A stretch of 64,000 nt of DNA from Amoebophrya sp. A120. Taxonomy: Eukaryota > Protista > Dinoflagellata. The stretch covers positions 1,609,907 through 1,673,906 of the forward strand of contig CAJINV010000009.1 in assembly GCA_905178155.1 (NCBI GenBank). The letters run 5' to 3'. The notes beneath the pieces are model-generated. The model did not search any database, was not told the origin of the DNA, and saw only the letters and a list, made by a program, of their open reading frames with translations. A program made the position numbers and the translations under genes. Below are positions 13,608 to 27,648 of this stretch, in pieces; position 1 is the stretch's first letter, and each line of letters opens with the position of its first letter.

Positions 13608-16600
13608 ATGGTGGTCGCATTGGATTTCGGCAAAACGAAGCGCGGCCAGAAGGTGTTCGCAAGCGCGAAGCCGGGGTCTTACGTTTCCAAAAAGGACGTG
13701 GTCAAGACCCTTGATCAGAAGCTACTCGACGCAGCGGAAATTGGCGATTTCCGAGGGGTCACGAGCCTCATCGACGATGGCGCCGACGTCAACTGCACGA
13801 ACCACAAGGGCGCAACGCCGTTGCACGAGGCTGTGGTTTCAGGGTACAGAAGTTTGGCTTTTTATTTTGACTGCGGCCGCCGCCGCTCCGTAGAAAATGT
13901 GAATGCATGATCATGGGCATACAACAGCAGCGTACAAAAAGGGTACGGGAATCAAATAAACGTTGACTTGATCCAAATTTCGCAGCTCTTGCCCCACTCT
14001 GGGCGTGCTTCTCCGTGCCGGCGCCGATCCCAATTTCGTTACCGACTACGAGAAGCGCACGCCGCTGCACCGGGCCTGCTTCCACAAGTTCGTGGACGTC
14101 GCGAATTTGCTGCTGATCTTCGGCGCAGACCCGTATGTAGTAGATGTCGACGGGAAGGTCCCGGGCGAGTTGGGGCTCGAAAATTTCATGAAGAAGCACA
14201 GCGAGTCAGACGATTGCCTGTACAACAATATCGACCAGGCTGAGGTGGAAGCTGCGGAATCTTCAGATCCGTCTTGTTCAAAACCCAAGATAATTTTAAA
14301 CGAAGAGACGACGCCCGCTCTGGGAGATGAACTACAACCAGACGAGTGCCCCAGCACGGACACCACCCCCGCGCCGACTCCGTCGAGCAAGGAGAAGAAG
14401 AAAGAAACGTTACTGCCCTCTGTGGAGGAGGAGAGCCTGATGACGCCGAAATCCGTCGCACCGGCAGACTCAGAAGTAGCCGCCGACGACAACGACGACG
14501 CAGTGTCGGTCACATCATCCCGAAGCCAGGCTTCGCGCGCCTCGTCCCGTGCGGTTTCCGACGTGTCGGGGGTGCCCTCGTTAGCGTCCACCCGGGCGCC
14601 GAAACGCGGGGCGCTGACGAACCGCGCAGACCAGCTGGCCGAGAACCGACAGAAGCTGTCCGACTTCCGCGCTACGTGGAAGCGCGTCAAGGAGGAGGCG
14701 GCCGCGCGGAAGGAGGAGCGCCGGAGTGAGGAAGAGAAGAAGAGGCTCCTCGCACAAAAGGAAAAGGCTGAAAAGCAAGCGCAGCAGGAAATAGAGCGCA
14801 AGGAAAGGGAGGAGCGCGAGGCCAAAAGAAAACAGGAGGCGAAGGAGCGCGAAAAGGAGCGGCAGGCGGAATTACTGGCTGCAAGCATGGACTACGAGGA
14901 CGACCAGAGAGACCCCGAAGACGTTGCAGCAGAACAGCAAATGCGTATCTGTGATTTATTTCCTGATGATCTCAATAAACTTGATCTTGATCATGTGGCT
15001 TTGCTCGTTCGCGCGTGATCGGAGCAGACATGCAGAATAAAATCAGCTTCAGCTTGATCTCAGGATGAATACACTGCAGGTGCGGAGATGCAACGGCGGT
15101 CGCAGCTTCGTGTCTGCATCACAGATGCGGGCGAGCCACAAGTGAATGGCGAGTACTACTGCACGTTTTTCGACACGTACCGTGTGGAATACCGGGGAGT
15201 CGACGACGAAAACCGCAATCTGTACTGGAGCTCGTTGGGGAACGAGTGGCGGCTGTGCGTGAACGGCTACAAGGCGGGGAACACGCTGTACCGAAATCCG
15301 AAAGTGACCAAGACCAAGGAAGTGCCGCTCACAGGGTGGCTGCCGTGGTTCGGAAAGAACCCCTGCCCCGTTTTCGAGGAGCTCAACAAGGACTCCTCCG
15401 CATCTTCCAGCTTGCAGCCCTTGCAGAAAGAAGCCGATGAAGTTGACGATACGAAACTACCGGAATCTACAACAGCTCCAGTGGCGATGGAGAAAGAGGA
15501 CGCCGGAGCAACGTCCCCCGACGAGGAGGCCGGTGGTACGGACCACGGGGCCGGCGTTGCGCCAGCCAGCAAGAAGAAGCAGTTTCTCGAGTGCCGGTCT
15601 ATTCTGGAGATTGTCGCCAAGCCAGACACGTACGATAGCGGCACCGACGTGGTGATGCAGGAAGTGAGTAGTGGAACGAGTAATGAGGCAACCACAAGCA
15701 CCGCCACCGGGTCAACATCATCGTCGTCCTCTTCCTCGTCATCCGGAAATAAAGCAGACGAAAATTGTTCTGAAAAACTCGATGCGGTGCTACAGCAGCA
15801 GTTGGACCAGCTGCTGCATTTCGAGGATCCTTTGGAAAAGACGGAGGACCAGGACAGCCTGTGGGCCGCGATCGAAAGCTGCAAAAAGCAAGGGAACGAG
15901 GAATTTACGGACGGGCAAATCAAGACGGCACTGGAATGCTTTACGCGGGCTTTAGACGGGGTTGAAAAGATGGATTACCCGGACTCGGTACGGGCAAAGC
16001 GAATCAAGGCGGTGTTGTACTCGAATCGATCGCTGGTATAATTGCTGTAATATCTTTTGGTCGTGCCTTGTGGTCATGCTGTTGCTGGTGCGTCATCATT
16101 ATGATGTGGGGCAAATAGATCGACGTTGCTCATTCCTGCATCTGCAACTTCTTTCTGCACTCGACTCCACAGTCCAGAAATTTTAGCTCGGAAGATTTGT
16201 GTTTGTGTAAAATCCAAAAAACAAAAAACTTAGGTTCTTCTGAACGTTATCAGTGAGAAGCTGTACGACGACGCGAGGATAGTGGACGTCCTGTATCAGC
16301 AGATCAAGCTTGATTCTTCCAACGCGCTGCGCGCCGATCCCGGAAACTTCAAAGCGTACTATCGCAGGGCGATTGCGTGCCGAAATCTTTGCGAGCTAGA
16401 CCAGGCACTGGAAGATGCCACAAAGGTGGTAGAACATTACTCAGCGAAAAACATGCAAAACCCCGAGGCGGCAAGGTTTCGCGAGGAACTCATTGAAGAG
16501 GTACTTTGATATGTAGTCGTCATTACACACACACCAACAACATTTCTTCTGTTTTTACTACACAACACCGGAAGACTATGAAGCACGTCGCATCGAGACG

Positions 16601-17308
16601 GGAAGTTGGTGATATCGTCTCAAGATAAATTTGTTTCCTCGATGCACGCTACGACCGACGTTTTCAACTAGGTGAAAGCAGAGCGCAGGAAATGGCACGC
16701 GGGGAGCAGCGAAAGATGGAACCGGGCGCAGGATCGAATGCAAGACAAGTATGCTACAACGATTGTGGCGGATTGTCTCGTTGAGTCGAAAGCGAAAAAG
16801 TGGACGAGGCAGCTGGTTGAGAAGAAACTGAATCGTACCTGTTTTCTGTTCTTCACTTCCATTTGTTTCTAAAGAAGATCTTCACTTGGCACAGCCTTAC
16901 TCGACTGAGACGGGCCCCGGCACGGCTCTGATGAGCTAAAAACGTAGGAAATTTGTGATGTTTTTCCGCGAGAAGCACCAACATTCCCTAAAACTAGGTC
17001 CCGGCAAGGACGTCGGTCAGTTTCTGGACACTTTCTGTTCGTCCGAGGAGTTTGCAAAGTTGTACGCGCCGTCCACGAAAGGAGGCAAGCAAACGTACCC
17101 AGCGCTCCCCGTGGAGTCCTTCACAGCGCTCGTGTCCGTGCTGTGTCGTGCGGAAAGTGGTGGTGGTGGTGGTGTTCTTTCTGTTGACGACAAGAAAAAG
17201 TTTCTTGACGCAGCGGAAAAGTGTGTGAGCAGCGTGGGCCTCGCAATGCTGGCAGACGACGAGCAGCGAGACGTGGACGCACTGAAAAAGCAGCTGGCTG
17301 GGGCGTGA
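13608..17308 (+). CDS. Ankyrin-repeat, coiled-coil and TPR protein with possible RPAP3-like C-terminal domain (putative co-chaperone), 6 exons, ~951 aa
   Basis: Exons 13608-13843, 13986-14944, 15080-16035, 16234-16500, 16672-16748, 16948-17308, all GT-AG and in phase. Ankyrin motifs GADVN..GATPLHEA and GADPN..RTPLHRA. TPR motifs CKKQGNEEF..ALECFTRAL, LYSNRSL and KAYYRRA. Confidence 0.85.
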
Positions 17309-18643
17309 GGACCCTTCGGTGCCCTGCTCCATCGTCCCAGGGACGACGAATACCGTCCTCTGTTTTCTCTCTGGTCTATTTTTTCAACTTTTGGACGTGG
17401 ATGAATTGGATGAAAGAAAAAGAAGGACTCATCTTTTTTTGCGAATAGCACTAGCTGCTAAGATATCTTGGAATACACATTGCCTGTAGTAGTTCTTGTG
17501 AATGTTGTAACAGTTCCGTCCGACGACGCAATACTCCATCAGGGAGGGAGCAAATCTTCGGCGTCTCGAAAAGAGGAGGCGCTCATTGTAGAAGTAACCC
17601 CAAAAACCATAATGATACTCAGCTCATTTGAGTAGCAGAAGGAACTGTCAGAAAACCAGATGTAACGATATTCATCACAGGAGCGAATCAGGCTTCATGT
17701 TCATTATCGTCCTGTATCACGTCCTTGATCACAGTGACGGTAAGTGTTCCCCCGCGATAACGACAATATCAATAAAGACCAAAAGCCGAGTCATGATTTT
17801 TCTTGCGTCTCCTGCGATGTTGAGGCTAGCCTGTCACAAGCCTGGTCACGTGTGTTGAATCAATCAGGATGACCAAGATGCGCTCTTGTGCGCTTGAAGT
17901 TGCAACTGATGAATCTTTGGCCGTGGCTGTTTGTGGTTGAAAGCAGCCGACGTCACAAGCGATAGAACCTACACACCGAAGTGCCGATTTCCAAACAGTT
18001 GTACTAGTCATTCACACGATTTGCGTTTCACTTTCACAGCACTCTCTTTTGCGTATAGTATTTTGTAGACACGAATTTTCTTCACCTTGACATCAATGAC
18101 TCAAATTTATTCTATTTCTTCTCCAGGCGCAGCTCAAATCAGGTGGAAGAGATGCTTGCGTCACTGCAACTGCATGCGATCTCTGCAGCATTACAACTTA
18201 CACGAGCACAGTATGTATGCAGCTGCACAGACATCATAGCGATTGCGTAGAAATACACGTCCGTAATATTCTCTTTCAATCTTTGTCTTTAGGTGTTGGT
18301 CATACTTAGACGTAAAACAAGCAACTTCGACTCCTTGTATGCTTCTGCAAGCAGTGTTGAGCTTGATCACTTCTGAATTTATGAAAACTGAAAATTCTCG
18401 AACTCTCCACGACTTTCTATCTCCTCCCAATATGAACTAAAAGACAATCCACGACAATCTTTCTCTGGCTCTGGTATCAGCACAGGCAGCCAGCGGTGTT
18501 CCGCAACCTGCCGGTTGGTTGGCCCCCAATCATCCCGCATCTTGCCAAATCAAAATACGCTCCAGCACCATCCAGCTACGACCGGAGACGCTGCGCTTTG
18601 CGGCACTGAGTTTAGAAATACGAAAAGTACCACAAAATCGCTC

Positions 18644-21600
18644 ATGCCGGACAACACGGGCGCCAGCCACAACCGCCGGGTGTTGACCGAATGGCGGGGC
18701 AGCGTGAACAGCATCTGCTCCCGGCCCTCCGGCGGTCGACTACTCCGTTTGCGGCAACACAACGCCACGAACTGTGGCGGGGAGTCGAACCCACAGCCAC
18801 TGGACGAGGAGGTTTTGTACAACTATGGCACGGCGCTCAATAACAAGTATGTTCCCAACTCCCAGGACTACAATCTGCACTTGGAAAACAGCCCGGAGCT
18901 GCCAAGCTATCCGTCGTACGATCTGTCGGTGGTTTCCTCCACAAAGGAGGGTGCGGAGCTGCTGGAGCAGCAGCAGGACAGCTGCGTCAACACTTCTGCC
19001 GCTCCTAGCGCCGTGCACAGCTGCCGCGAAAGTGTTCTTGTGGAAGTAGAAGCCGAAATAAATTCGAAAATTGCTGCTACTGGTGCCGCAGGCGCTGCAA
19101 GTAGTAATTTCAGATACAGCTCGCACGTAGTACAACCGCTGCGGGAGGGCAGTAGCTTGCAGAATAGCATCTGTACCACGAGCTCTACAACATCGTCCTC
19201 GGCGGATGGCGGCGCGGCAGTGTATCTGGGAGGCTGCAGTTCGACGTCGTCCGGCGCATCCGCTTCAAGAAGTCCGCACTCTGATGTTCTTTTTCCCTGT
19301 GCAGGAGCTCCATCGAGCTGCACGGAAGATGCGGAAGCGGATAAGGAAATAAACCCGACCGATGTTCTTGGAACAAACGGGGAGAACCTGACGTCCGGAG
19401 ATAGGGATCAGCAGGCACATGCTGCAGCCGCCGGCGAGCAGCCTGAGGGTCGTGACTGCAAGTCCGAGAATATTATGAGAGCGGGCGGCCAAGTGGAGGA
19501 GGTGAAAAATCAGAAGGATAAGCCAAACTACCAGGGTGCAGACAAGAAGCTGCAAAGTCGCCAAGAAAGTGTGTTCACGGGCTCAACTGCTGCAGCTCCT
19601 TCCATTGTAGTCGAGCTAAAAATTTTTTATTTCCCTTGCATCTGCGAGCATACTGTCTTGTTCTCTGTTACGCCTTTTCGTGCTGTCGTGTACTGCACTA
19701 CTGCTGGTGTGGTATGTAGTCATCCCCTGCGAATGTAGTAACCCATTTCATTTGTTTTTCTATAATGTGTAGAAGTTTTTGATGAACTACTTGGGCTCCA
19801 TTTTAAAATTCGACCAGATAAAGAGTCGCAAGCTGCTTGTGCTGCAAAGATCAAAGTATGAAAGAAAAACCAAATGTCAATCAACTTCAGCATTTGAAAC
19901 AAAAACAGGTACGGAGTGTGGCAACAACTGGCAGCAATAGCGTTCCCATTTCCATTTTTGACACGATCTCCCCAACCTCCCGGAAGACTTCAGGCTCCCC
20001 GAATACTGCGGCCAGCGAGACGTCTCGGAAGCTACCAAATGCGGAAAAAACCAAAACGAAAGACAACGGGCGTAGCAGAGCCGGGACGGGGAACGCGATC
20101 AAAAACTCGACCACAAGTAACAAGAAAAATCATTTGCATGCGGTAACCAAAAAGCACGGGGATTCAGGAGCACAGCAGCAAGGATCTTTCAGCTGCTCGA
20201 AGAACCTGCACAATCCAGGAAATAACGGAAGCAAGACCGCCCAAAACCACACTAAATCCGGTAGGAACAAGCTAGGCCAGAATGCGGGCCGGTCGAACAC
20301 CAACGCCAGCAAAAACGGCGCTTCGCCAATTCCAGCTGGGAGTAGCAGACAGGGCAGATCATTTGGAAATGACAGCAGTATGACCAACAAACATCAAGCG
20401 GCGGCTATATCTGCCGCGGCGGCATCCGCGACCAGTGCCGCCTATCACGCCTACCAAATGGCGGTCAGCAGTGCAAACGGTGCGGTCGCCGCTTTGCAAG
20501 GTGCAATGTCCTCCACCGCAGGGCTGCACCCTTCGTCGTCGTCGCACCTATGCAACGAAAAAAGTGTATAGTACAGTTACACATTCACATTGTGTTGCAG
20601 GCCAAGCAAGACAGACAAGTAGGTCTGTCATGCCGGATCTGCATAGGGCTCCCTCTCGTTTCACACGTCCTTTGCCTTTCGCTTGCTGCATTGCAAGTTT
20701 TCTTTCTCATGCAGAGAGAGTAACAGAATCAGAAACATCAGTGTATCTGTAACAGTTTTTTCGTAGGATAGCATCTCGACACTGACCAGTGGCTGGAGGC
20801 CGAGTTTTCTGATTTGGACCCGACTATCAAATGTAAAAATGTCTGGGTCTGGAAATTTGTGATGCTGAGTGGCGTAGCATGAGGAGGCCACAAGTGCTGG
20901 CTCAGCATGACAAATTTCTGAGCTCGTAGGCGTTGCCTATTCTGCATGACAAACTGCGTCTCCGCATGACAGAGAAAAAAATCTCTTGGGCAATGTGCAT
21001 GACAGATTTAAGAGTCATGCCAGACAAGCATGACAAACATGCATTCTTCCAGACCCAGACACTTTTACATTTGATACCGACAAGTCTCGAGCAACTCAAC
21101 TCGGCTTGGCGCCAGGAGCAGCTGCTACAGTCCAGCCAGTTGGTCCACCAATTTCACCAGTACAATGTGGCTGCTGGAGGAGGAGGATGCGTAGGTGGAG
21201 CTGCCTCAGCGGCACCAACAGCGGCTCTTCATGCTCTTTCCGGGCCGCATCCCTGGATCCCCTTGCACCACCCGCCCTACCCCGGGGCGGTGCCAACACA
21301 TTGGGTGCAAGTACCTGTATACGCAGACACGGCAGTGGGTGCACCAGGCTCTTCAATTGCGCAAGTACCTGTATACGCACTCGGTGGTGCTGCAACAGGA
21401 GGCTCTTCAATTGCATGCTCAACCATTGCAGCACAAGGCACAGGAGGTGCCGCTGCCTATCCACCCGGCTTGGAGCATCCATCAGGAAGTAGGGGTGTTG
21501 CAAGTACGCTGGCCGGTGCAGCAGCAGCTGCGGGCACAACCACCGGTGTCGAGACAGTAGGAGCGGACTCTGCACTTGCCGACGCCGGAGTCGTCCCGCA

Positions 21601-24600
21601 ACACATGCACTCCCTCCCTGCCGCGTGGTGGTCTCCACCCCGAGTAGTACAACCAGCCACGACAGCAAGCGCCGGATCGGCCACGGCGGGAACCTTGACT
21701 GCGCACCACCATCCGCATAGCAGCAAGCACCACTACGACGAGGCTTCGCTACGCCGAGGAGCAGCAGCCCAAGTGGGCACGTACACGACCTCTGCGGGAG
21801 CGCCACCGGGTCTGTCGTTGTCTTCTGCGGGGGGAAGTGGAGCGGCAATGGTTGCGGTCGCGTCGCACAAAATGTCGAGTAACAAGACATCAACCTCAAC
21901 CACAGCGGGCACGACCACTTCATCAGGTGCTGCCGCTGCAGGTGCCACAACATCAGCCACGCTAACAAGTAACAAGAAGCCCGTGCGCCAGCCTCCGGGA
22001 CTGTGTCAGGTGGAGGACGATGCCACGACAAGTGCGGGGACGTCAAACATCTCCAGCGCTGCGGCGGTGAGTACCTGTTCGGGGACGAACGAAAACAACG
22101 TTGTGGGACCTCCCGAGATGACCGCGGGAGAAGCAGGTGCTAGTAACCTCATGAATTTTTCGATTTCGTCCAACAATGGTTGTAACAGCTCGACTTCTTC
22201 TTGTGCAGCGCCTATTGCCGGAAGTGTTCTTGCAGGGACGAAAAGCGGGAATAACAGCAGCAATAGGAAGCAAGTGGAGGTCAGGTCTCGCGGACAGCAA
22301 CACAAAAACATCTACGGTATTCTCCCGTCGGAAAGAGAGAAGCAGGAAGAACTGCAGGCGGCAACGAATGCGCAGAAGAAAAAGCTGCAGAATGCGCTGC
22401 TGGAGGAGCGAGCGAGCAGCGCCAAGAAGACCAATTCGAGTGCGGTGGGAGCAGGCGGACTGAAAAAACTTAGTCCGCAAAAGGAGGCTGACTCAAGAAT
22501 GAATGACGCAAAGCGCGTGCTGTTCAACAATCATGCATCCACCGGAGCTCCCACGACAGGGACAGCTGCAGCGATTCACGGCAACGACAGCACAAATAAA
22601 CAGACTGTCGAACAAGCTGCTAAAAAGCAAGCCGGATCCACTTCACAATCGGGTGCGGCGGCCGCATCTTCCGGAAAGAGCAGTAGGCCACCTCCTGATG
22701 TAACTACGACGAAAAATGGCACGAGTAAGACCAAGAACGGTATTACTGCTGTAGGAAATGGAAATTACGCGATGCCAGGGTCATGGACGGCGTCGAAAAA
22801 GGGCGCGGCGGGGATGAAAGGCGGTTTCGGTGGGCTTTTCAAGGGAGGTAAGACCGTCTCCCCCCCGGGAATGCCGCCGCCGACCGCGAGTCAGTACCAT
22901 TTTGCCAATCCGAAAATGGTACCCCCGCCGGTGCCACCCCCCTGTCTGGTAGATCCAACAAGCGAACAACAGGTGGACAAGGACGGCACGAAACGAAAGC
23001 GCGGGGTCTTTGTCGCACGGCCCGGGCAGGAGTCCTCAACCTCGAATTGGCACGCACATGTGAACCATCACGGGAGCGGGAGTGGCCTTAACTTTCCAAA
23101 GAATGGCAAGAACCCAAAATCGCCCGGTCTGGTAGCGCCGAAAACAAAACACGCAGTGAACACCACAGCAAGAGGGATGGCATCGTACCGATTGTCTACC
23201 TACTGCGTCACTACATTTACTACCTGACGAGCATCACGTTTGTAGATACATCAGAGAGGTGATGAATTTATGAGGTCTAAAAAAACTCTGATTCGTTCAG
23301 TGAGTACTTCGAGCCGAAAATAAAGAGGGCCTCTTTTATCTTTGAAAAAAAAACTGCGCCCACAGGTTTCCCCCGCCACCATACAGTGTGTACGAGTACA
23401 ACCAGCATGCCGCTGCCGCAGCGACTCTGGGAGGAGCAGGATCGGGTGCGCAGCTTCACCATCACTATCCGCAGGGAAGTCACATGGCCCCTCCACCCGG
23501 CTTGGCAGCTGCTAGAGGAGGACCAAGTACGAGCGGGGGAGGAGGTGGCCCGCCGCAGGTGATTTCCCTGATGAACATGCTCGACAACCCATTGCGACAC
23601 ATGTCACACAAGTACCTGAAGAAAAATAAGCATCAAATGCTGGTGGGAAAGAACTTAGTCTCTACTAATCAAGAAGAACAAACACCCACTACACAACAGA
23701 ACCAACAGCCGCAGTTGGTCGTGGAGCAGGACCCCGATGAGCACGTGTCCTATGTGCAGTATGCGACAAAAAATGCGGCTGCTTGAGTCCACGACAAGGT
23801 CAGGGGCTGATGCAGATAAAGAAGATACAATTGTTGTCATTCGATGTGAGTGATAGTGAACGCGTCTCGCGACCACGGCACGCCTCTAGGCATGAGCAAC
23901 ATTCCAGGTTTCATGCCGGATGTTCATATCGCGACGCAGGTCGACGTTTCACACCTCGCGGATCGTTGTGAACCGATGTTGATGATGTTGGTTTGAAACC
24001 TGAAACGAAATTTCACTCGTGGTTGTGATCAGATCTTCTGCCTCAAGCCAGTCTGCCTATTCATATTTCTCGCCCCCACGCTGTCGTACCCGCGACAACA
24101 AAACCAACGAAGGATTACACTCCACGAACCAGCGCAGGAGCTGCGGGGACCACGTTCGGTCGGCATCTGTTACAGCCTGGACATCAGCATTACAGCGCGG
24201 CGGGACCTGGTGCGTCGTCGGCGTCCGCAGCTTGTACTGCGGGCGCGTCAGCGGCAGGGTTCGGTGCAGCAGGGCCTTTATTCGGGTCACAAGGCGGTGT
24301 TGAAGGCGGCGGTCGTGTCCACGGCGGTGCGGAATATCCCAACAAAAGTACAGCCAGGACGAGCGGTAGCAGCAATAAAGCCGGCTCACTCGCTGACTGG
24401 AATGCTCGCGGTGGTAGGGGTGGTGGTGTCGCAGCACCAGGCGCCGGACAACAAGGCGGAGAAAAATATCTCGCGCTGTGCAGGGGCTCGAACAACAAAA
24501 TGCAGCACAGCGCCGCGTCTCACAAAGATGATGGGGCGGTGGATGATCCTGCTAGTACGTCGTCCAGTGCTGTAACAAGAGCTGATTCGTCAATACACGC

Positions 24601-24919
24601 GTGCGCTGGGGGGAATACACAGCAACAGGTGCATCAAACTCAAGAACTGGTGTCACAACAGGAACAGACATGCGCAGGCCAGCAGTCTCACTTTCCCACC
24701 GCGCTTGACTTGCTGGCGTATGAAGACGAGGAAGATCTTATGGGTGCCCTGCCCTTCGGCTATGGACTACTCTTTCCCGAATGCGTGGAAGGACTTCGGG
24801 AGGAGTGGAGAGCCATGAAGAAGCAAAGCCAAGAGTCGCGGAAGAACTTTTTGGACACTCCCATTGTCAGTCAGTGGACCGGAGGAATTGAGCCCGCTGC
24901 TGCAGCGATGGCAGGGTAA
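18644..24919 (+). CDS. Very large low-complexity (Ser/Ala/Gly/Thr/Asn) protein, ~8 exons, ~1660 aa, with three non-canonical introns
   Basis: Proposed exons 18644-19610, 19818-19855, 19909-20547, 20772-20824, 21082-23184, 23366-23611, 23709-23758, 24033-24919 give one open frame. Four introns are GT-AG and three are bounded by inverted repeats. The start codon and small exons are uncertain. Confidence 0.6.
19610..19817. mobile_element. Possible degenerate inverted-repeat non-canonical intron
   Basis: Ends are GTCGAGCTAAAAAT ... ATTTTAAAATTCGAC(CAG). The obvious GT(19607)-AG(19817) pair is out of phase with the next exons, whereas a junction at the repeated AG (19611-19817 removed) keeps the frame (SIV-DKESQ). 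Confidence 0.35.
20548..20771. mobile_element. Degenerate TIR element acting as a non-canonical intron
   Basis: CTATGCAACGAAAAAAGTGT matches the reverse complement of ACAGTTTTTTCGTAGGATAG at 17/20. It contains a GTCATGC motif. Removal joins SSSH to HLDTDQWLE in frame. Confidence 0.6.
20825..21076. mobile_element. TATC/GATA introner, family A (252 bp), 5-bp TSD CCGAC
   Basis: 30-bp TIR TATCAAATGTAAAA(A/G)TGTCTGGGTCTGGAA matches 29/30. CCGAC lies at 20820-20824 and 21077-21081. Removing the element plus one TSD gives ...SDLDP-TSLEQ in frame. Confidence 0.93.
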
Positions 24920-27648
24920 CTTCGACTACCAGTGATCCCGACCCTCTTTTATATATAGATGGATCTCGACTGTACTTGCTCCACGTCGGAAAGCGTACTC
25001 ACTCAGGAAAACTTCGGCAGCAGTTGCCGACATTGACCTATTTCAGACTGTAAAAAATAGAGCTCTACTCTCTTCTTGTTCTACATTTGGCGCTTTTGGC
25101 TCGTCGTGATTTGTACGCATCATCGTCGACCACGACCTTCGACGCAGCTCGAGGTACGTAAGTATGCAGTCGCTGCAAGAAAACAAATTCCTTCACTAAA
25201 GAATATCCTGAGTATGTAGATGTACTGACTCCAGTTCTCTAGTTGGCAACTTTTTAGGCGTCTGGCTCGATTGGAGCACTCGTGCCTAGGCTGCTAAAAC
25301 TGGTTTCTGAGCAACAGCAAACTGTGCTGCTCTTGCACGTTCGGTTTTTCTTTATTTTTCACAGACTGTCGTTTGATGCTCATTCTGCTGCCTCTCACGT
25401 GCAATTTTCTGTTTTTGAGTTTTGCAAGAACTTTTACTTTTAATACTTTTTTTCGTACGAAGTTGGAAGTCAAAAACTTCGAAAAAGCAAAAAAAAGCAA
25501 CAAGAGCAACTTCGAATACTTGTACACCTCTTGATTTCTACGTTAACTTCGTACAGTAGAATTAGTACTGCAGATGAAACTACTACTTTTCAAACTTGGA
25601 AGTTCAAGCGGGCGAAAAACTACTATCGATTTTTTACACTTCTTCGGGTATAATTAGAAACACAATTTTTTTCTCCGTTGCTTAAAAAGAGCTACAAGCA
25701 ACCTGGTGATTGAATATGTAAAGGACGACCGCATATTCTGCTGCGGGACAGATGGCGCATTACGGCGTTCGCTCCTCGGCTGGAATGGAATAAGGTTTCC
25801 AGCGACGGCAGGGTGACATGCGGAGAGCCACGCACTGGTTTATGTTGAAACAATTTCTATTTAGAGTTAACCAAGCACCACCCGTCCCGTATTCACACAA
25901 ATAATTCGAATTATGTGCTGCATCTTCTCGACATCGACATGCTTATTAATTCACACCTCCAAAAATCCAATTTTCAAACGATCGTCTCTCGTCGTGCGAC
26001 CGACAGAGTGTTTGGAACCCAACAAGCAAAGTAGTCGTGGCTTGCACGACGTTTGTCAAGTTGCATGTTAACAACGAAAGGTTCAGGAACACTCTGAAGA
26101 CCTATTATCTTCTTGTAGATAGTCTCGATGAGCAGGCCTCCGAATGATGCTAGTTTATAGCGACTCGATTTGTACGTGTACCCCACCCAAACAGATATCG
26201 ATTTTATTTCCAATGTTCTACCGCGGCTTTGCTGACGACCAACGAATCAAACTCCCTCGTTGGTGCGCCATCACGCGCGTTTTTGCATTAGATAGAGGCC
26301 TCTAGAAAATTAGTTCTTCGAGGGAGTCATCTTTCGATGTTGTTGCTGCCGAATCGACCCAGTCGCGCTGCGTCTGCAAGTACTGTACTTGAAACAACAG
26401 GGTAGCATTTTTTGGCTGCTATGTTGTAACTAATCTTCCAAAAATGCACATGCACAACGTGTTGTAGTACAAAAACACCGACTAAGAACGTCACTAGAAT
26501 TACACCTGTTTTTTTCCTCACAGTTCGAGAAGTGCAGAAATTTTGATGGTGAAGTAGCTAATCCCTGCATTACTTCGCTGAGTGAAGAGCTGAACCAGTA
26601 AGCGACGGGCGAGGCAAGACTAGAATGCACCTGATGAATGCGAAGATCCAAAGTGGTTGCTTTTACCAACAAAAACAGAATCAGCTTTCTGGTCGCGGAG
26701 GCGAGCAAATTAGGTTTCAGTGATTGATTGATGCATGTTGCAGCTTGTAGCTGGCGCTCGGCCAAGAGGTTTCGTCGATGGAACACAGACCAGGGTCGAT
26801 GCACTCAAAGACACGCAAAACGATTTTTAGCAGAAATCTATTAATTCATGTTGAGCCGGGTCAGCATTTCAACTGTCGACAACATCAGTGTGTTGCTGCC
26901 AACATACACTCATTGCTTGTGCGGATAGAATATGCAACAAGGCCATCGTCCAATAGTAGCACGTAGTAGGAGGGGACTGACCACCACGTTGGAGCACAGC
27001 GGAGTCTATCCAGGGCTCAATCGAAGCCCATGGTGTGGATCTGAACAACAACTTGTGTGGATCTGAAAAACAAGATCATTCGTGGTGGCAACTGCTGCGA
27101 AACAGAGGAAGCTGCTAAGCAACACTAGAACTGAGGATGTTGAGCGTACTAGAAAAATATGGAGATTCCACTTTCCGTGAGAATAGATCCACAGCGGCTA
27201 CTTACAACCAAGAGGTCCGATCCTGAACCGCAAGCCGGGATCTGTGATGATGAAGATCCGAGTCCGATCTGACCTAATCGTGGATCAATCTGATTGAGAG
27301 CTTCTTCTGATCCGTGTCTCATTCAGTCGTGATGGCGCAAGTAGAATTTCTAAATGGCATGCCAATAGATACGAAAGGATAAACTAACCGTCATCTCGAC
27401 GTCCGTGAAAATCAAAATCATAGCTAGAACATAGATCTCGCCCCGGGTCAATTGTAGTCTAGTAGTTCCCTCATCCTGGAATGACAATGAGTTCTGTAAA
27501 GTAGTTTTGCCTTTTCACCTTCTCCTCCTGCAGACACGGACTACCGAAGTCCTACACCTTACGACTATTCACCACGACATTTTTTCGTGCCTGCGATTTA
27601 TAACATTTTTCACCGTGGTTTTTTCAGTTTTTTGGAAAACGCACCAAG

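Noticed and set aside
25090-26425. Additional spliced-leader-like fragments (TTTTGGCTC ~25094; GTAGCATTTTTTGGCT ~26402)
   Set aside because: Too short or degenerate to distinguish from chance in T-rich intergenic DNA.
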